DNA of 63,220 bases, the filler included, from Octopus bimaculoides (lineage: Eukaryota): assembly GCF_001194135.2 (NCBI RefSeq). It is 7 parts of 7 records of this genome, joined end to end, with 100 filler letters (N's around TTAATTAATTAA, not from the genome) between each part and the next. Parts side by side here need not be neighbours in the genome. Positions count along the whole stretch, not along the records: positions 60,068 to 63,220 come from NC_068989.1; 6 more parts are not named here. The stretch is one strand, 5' to 3'. Numbering within the stretch: position 1 is the stretch's first letter; each line of letters begins with the position of its first letter. The notes under the pieces were generated by a model, which saw only the letters and a program-made list of their open reading frames with translations, had not been told where the DNA came from and did not search any database. Both the position numbers and the translations under genes were made by a program. Below are positions 60,480 to 63,220 of this stretch, piece by piece.

Positions 60480-60760
60480 CCACACGGATCGACGACTGTG
60501 GACTGTATATTTGCGGACTGTCTTATGGCAAGGCATTGCATCCGTTCGGCCACACTGCTAGTGATGCGGTGAAGTCATATGATTGCAGTATGGCGGATTG
60601 TGAAGAGGCAGCGGAAGAGCTTGAGACAACGGTGTTTCTTACATTGATACTGAACGGAGGAATCCTAAAAGATCAACAGTCAGGATCACTAAACTCTATC
60701 AGACAGTAACTGCAACGCATCCATAGGAGCAGTCTCCATGGTTGTCTAATTAGCTAATGC
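60480..60760 (+). pseudogene. Possible decayed RTE-clade RT C-terminus
   Basis: LMARHCIR (cf. RLAGHCxR) and SYIDT (cf. TYIDTL) occur in the expected order across frameshifts. Confidence 0.35.
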
Positions 60761-60884
60761 AAGATTCTTTATGATTCGAGCTCCCAATTCAAATATGAAT
60801 ACTAGAATTGGGTAGCGACAGAGAGTCAATCGAATCCGTGCAATCGGCGCGATCGTGGTGATGGGATTACAACGCAATACATGG

Positions 60885-61083
60885 CTGCAAGCTGGCAGAA
60901 ACGTTAGCACGCCGGGCGAAATGCTTAGCGGTATTTCGTCTGCCGCTACGTTCTGAGTTCAAATTCCGCCGAGGTCGACTTTGTCTTTCATCCTTTCGGG
61001 GTCGATAAATTAAGTACCAGTTACGCACTGGGGTCGATGTAATCGACTTAATCCGTTTGTCTGTCCTTGTTTGTCCCCTCTAT
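60885..61083 (+). mobile_element. SINE family B with a different tail (type 2), cut by a gap
   Basis: Head and core match 23744-23878, but the sequence after AATCGACT is TAATCCGTTTGTCTGTCCTTGTTTGTCCCCTCTAT. Confidence 0.9.
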
Positions 61084-62474
61084 NNNNNNNNNNNNNNNNN
61101 NNNNNNNNNNNNNNNNNNNNNNNNNNNNNNNNNNNNNNNNNNNNNNNNNNNNNNNNNNNNNNNNNNNNNNNNNNNNNNNNNNNNNNNNNNNNNNNNNNNN
61201 NNNNNNNNNNNNNNNNNNNNNNNNNNNNNNNNNNNNNNNNNNNNNNNNNNNNNNNNNNNNNNNNNNNNNNNNNNNNNNNNNNNNNNNNNNNNNNNNNNNN
61301 NNNNNNNNNNNNNNNNNNNNNNNNNNNNNNNNNNNNNNNNNNNNNNNNNNNNNNNNNNNNNNNNNNNNNNNNNNNNNNNNNNNNNNNNNNNNNNNNNNNN
61401 NNNNNNNNNNNNNNNNNNNNNNNNNNNNNNNNNNNNNNNNNNNNNNNNNNNNNNNNNNNNNNNNNNNNNNNNNNNNNNNNNNNNNNNNNNNNNNNNNNNN
61501 NNNNNNNNNNNNNNNNNNNNNNNNNNNNNNNNNNNNNNNNNNNNNNNNNNNATATATATATATATATATATATACGTTCGACATTACTCGTTCACCCCGT
61601 CGTGTTTTCTCACTGTCTTGTTATGCGCGTCCTTTCAGAGGACAAAACGCATGTAAATGTACGCAAGCTTGCTCCCATATACACACACAGATGTATGTGG
61701 TATGCTTTTGAAATATAATCTAAATGTCATTTTAGTTACTTTCATGCTTTTTTTCTTTCTTTTATATATAAGTGACTTGCAGTGACTTTTACTATGATCC
61801 AACACTAAACAGAAAGTAGAACGCCGTTGTGACATTTGTAATATATGTATATCTATCCATATCTATATATATATAAATATATATCTATATAGATATATAG
61901 ATACACACACACACACACACAGATCAATGCGTGCAAGTGTGTGTGTATATATATATATACGTGTGTGTGCACATGTGTCTATACATATACACACATATAT
62001 GATAAATATATACACATATAATTTGTATGTATAATGTATGTATGCATGCATGTATGTATGCACATATGTATGTAGAGAGAGAAAGAAAGAGAGAGACAGA
62101 GAGGGAGAGGCAGAGAGTATTGTTATATCATTCACTCATGTCAGGGCCCTTTTTTTTTTTTTTCATTTCCTTCTGATTGCATGGCTGTTCCTCCTTTTCT
62201 CTTCGGGTTCGTGATGGTCATGTCCATTATAAAGTAGAGAATTCCAAAATTAGTATCCTGTTAAGATTACGCATTATTCCATATTGTGAGCACATTTAAG
62301 TTTTCTTTCCATCGTCTGCAGACGTGTTTCTACATGTATATCTCATCAGTATACATTTATGGAGGATTACATCTCTACCATTAGGGATTAAGTCTACCGC
62401 CCAAGAAGACAGAAAGCAAATAACAGGAGCAAATACCGCAAGATATCTCAGCTGACGTTCTAAAAATTCTGTCA

Positions 62475-62632
62475 AACCCCTTCCCTGGACTGGTACTTCA
62501 TTTTATCAAACCCGGAAGAGATCGAAGGTAAAGCATAAAGCCGAGCTTGGTTGTATTTGAACTCAGAACACAGGCAGAACAAATACCTGAAGACATTTTG
62601 TCCGATGCTTTAACGACTCTGCCATTTCGCTG
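62475..62632 (-). mobile_element. Degraded SINE family B
   Basis: CTGGTACTTCATTTTATC...ATTTGAACTCAGAAC...TTAACGACTCTGCC. Confidence 0.65.
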
Positions 62633-62959
62633 TCCTGAAACCGGCATATAACCTGAAATAGTATTCTTCTAGCGTGTCGCAACGTATCATCTTCAATTAA
62701 AAAGTATGAGACGTTTTGGCGCAGCTGTTTTGGCAACATTGATTCGACGCTGACTTATCTGACATCGGACGTTTTAATTTTTCTCTCTTGTTCTCCCTCT
62801 TCTCTCTCTTTAGCTATCTATCTCACTTCTCTCTCTCTTTATATGTGTAGGCATATTTCTCTTCACGTGTATGAGGAGAGGGAAAGTGTTCCTATCAAAT
62901 GCATTTAATTAATAAATTATGTCTCTCCCTCCTACTCTATTTACTATTTAAATAAATGC

Positions 62960-63195
62960 ACCCTTTTAAAGCCTAGCCAGGCTCATGAGCCTGGTTTCTA
63001 TGGCGTATGTGTTCCCCAGCTGGACGGGACGCCAGTCCATCGCAACGTTACTCATTTTTGCCAGCTGAGTGGACTGGAGCAACGTGAAATGAAGTGTTTT
63101 GCTCAAGAACACAACGCGTCGCCCGGTCCAGGAATCGAAACCACAATCTTACGATCATGCTGCTGACACCCTAACCACAAAGCCACGCACCTCCA
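62960..63195 (-). mobile_element. SINE family C, near full length (tRNA head, CORE-like centre, tail)
   Basis: The minus strand reads TGGCTTTGTGGT (A box), GGTTTCGATTCC (B box), GTGTTCTTGAGCAAAACACTT...CAGCTGGCAAAAATGAGTA. A perfect 18-bp palindrome CCAGGCTCATGAGCCTGG lies at 62977-62994. Confidence 0.85.
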
Positions 63196-63220
63196 CGTTT
63201 ACTATTTGCATATATATATA

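Noticed and set aside
378-62135. Most ORF-track entries (poly-YI, CV, HT, ER, K, R, F, L and X-rich ORFs)
   Set aside because: They are translations of microsatellites or read-through of N gaps, not genes.

Overview
This is a 63-kb window of an AT-rich, microsatellite-saturated eukaryotic draft assembly, with roughly 10 kb (about 16%) of N gaps. The repeat content looks like an octopus/cephalopod genome; this is an inference from recalled repeat families, not a database result. No host protein-coding gene, rRNA, tRNA gene or CRISPR array is supportable, and nearly all ORF-track entries are microsatellite or N-run artefacts. The recognisable content is decayed mobile DNA. It includes a Tx1/L1-clade LINE cluster (13.0-18.7 kb), an R4/Dong RLE fragment, a full-length DD34D mariner, a chimeric mariner, a DD37E Tc1-like fragment, a Helitron N-terminus, and many tRNA-derived SINEs (labelled here A-D, my own labels). 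Most interesting observations: (1) two homologous Tx1-type ORF1 genes sit head-to-head around a 154-bp, 93%-identical inverted repeat; (2) one arm of that repeat holds a 150-bp TG...CA solo-LTR-like insertion with a 5-bp TSD, and the other arm preserves the empty site; (3) a covarying CUUGU-loop stem-loop is shared by the Tx1 3' end and SINE-B tails, suggesting a stringent Tx1-SINE partnership with swappable tails; (4) a Penelope-type hammerhead ribozyme fold lies at 40185-40246.
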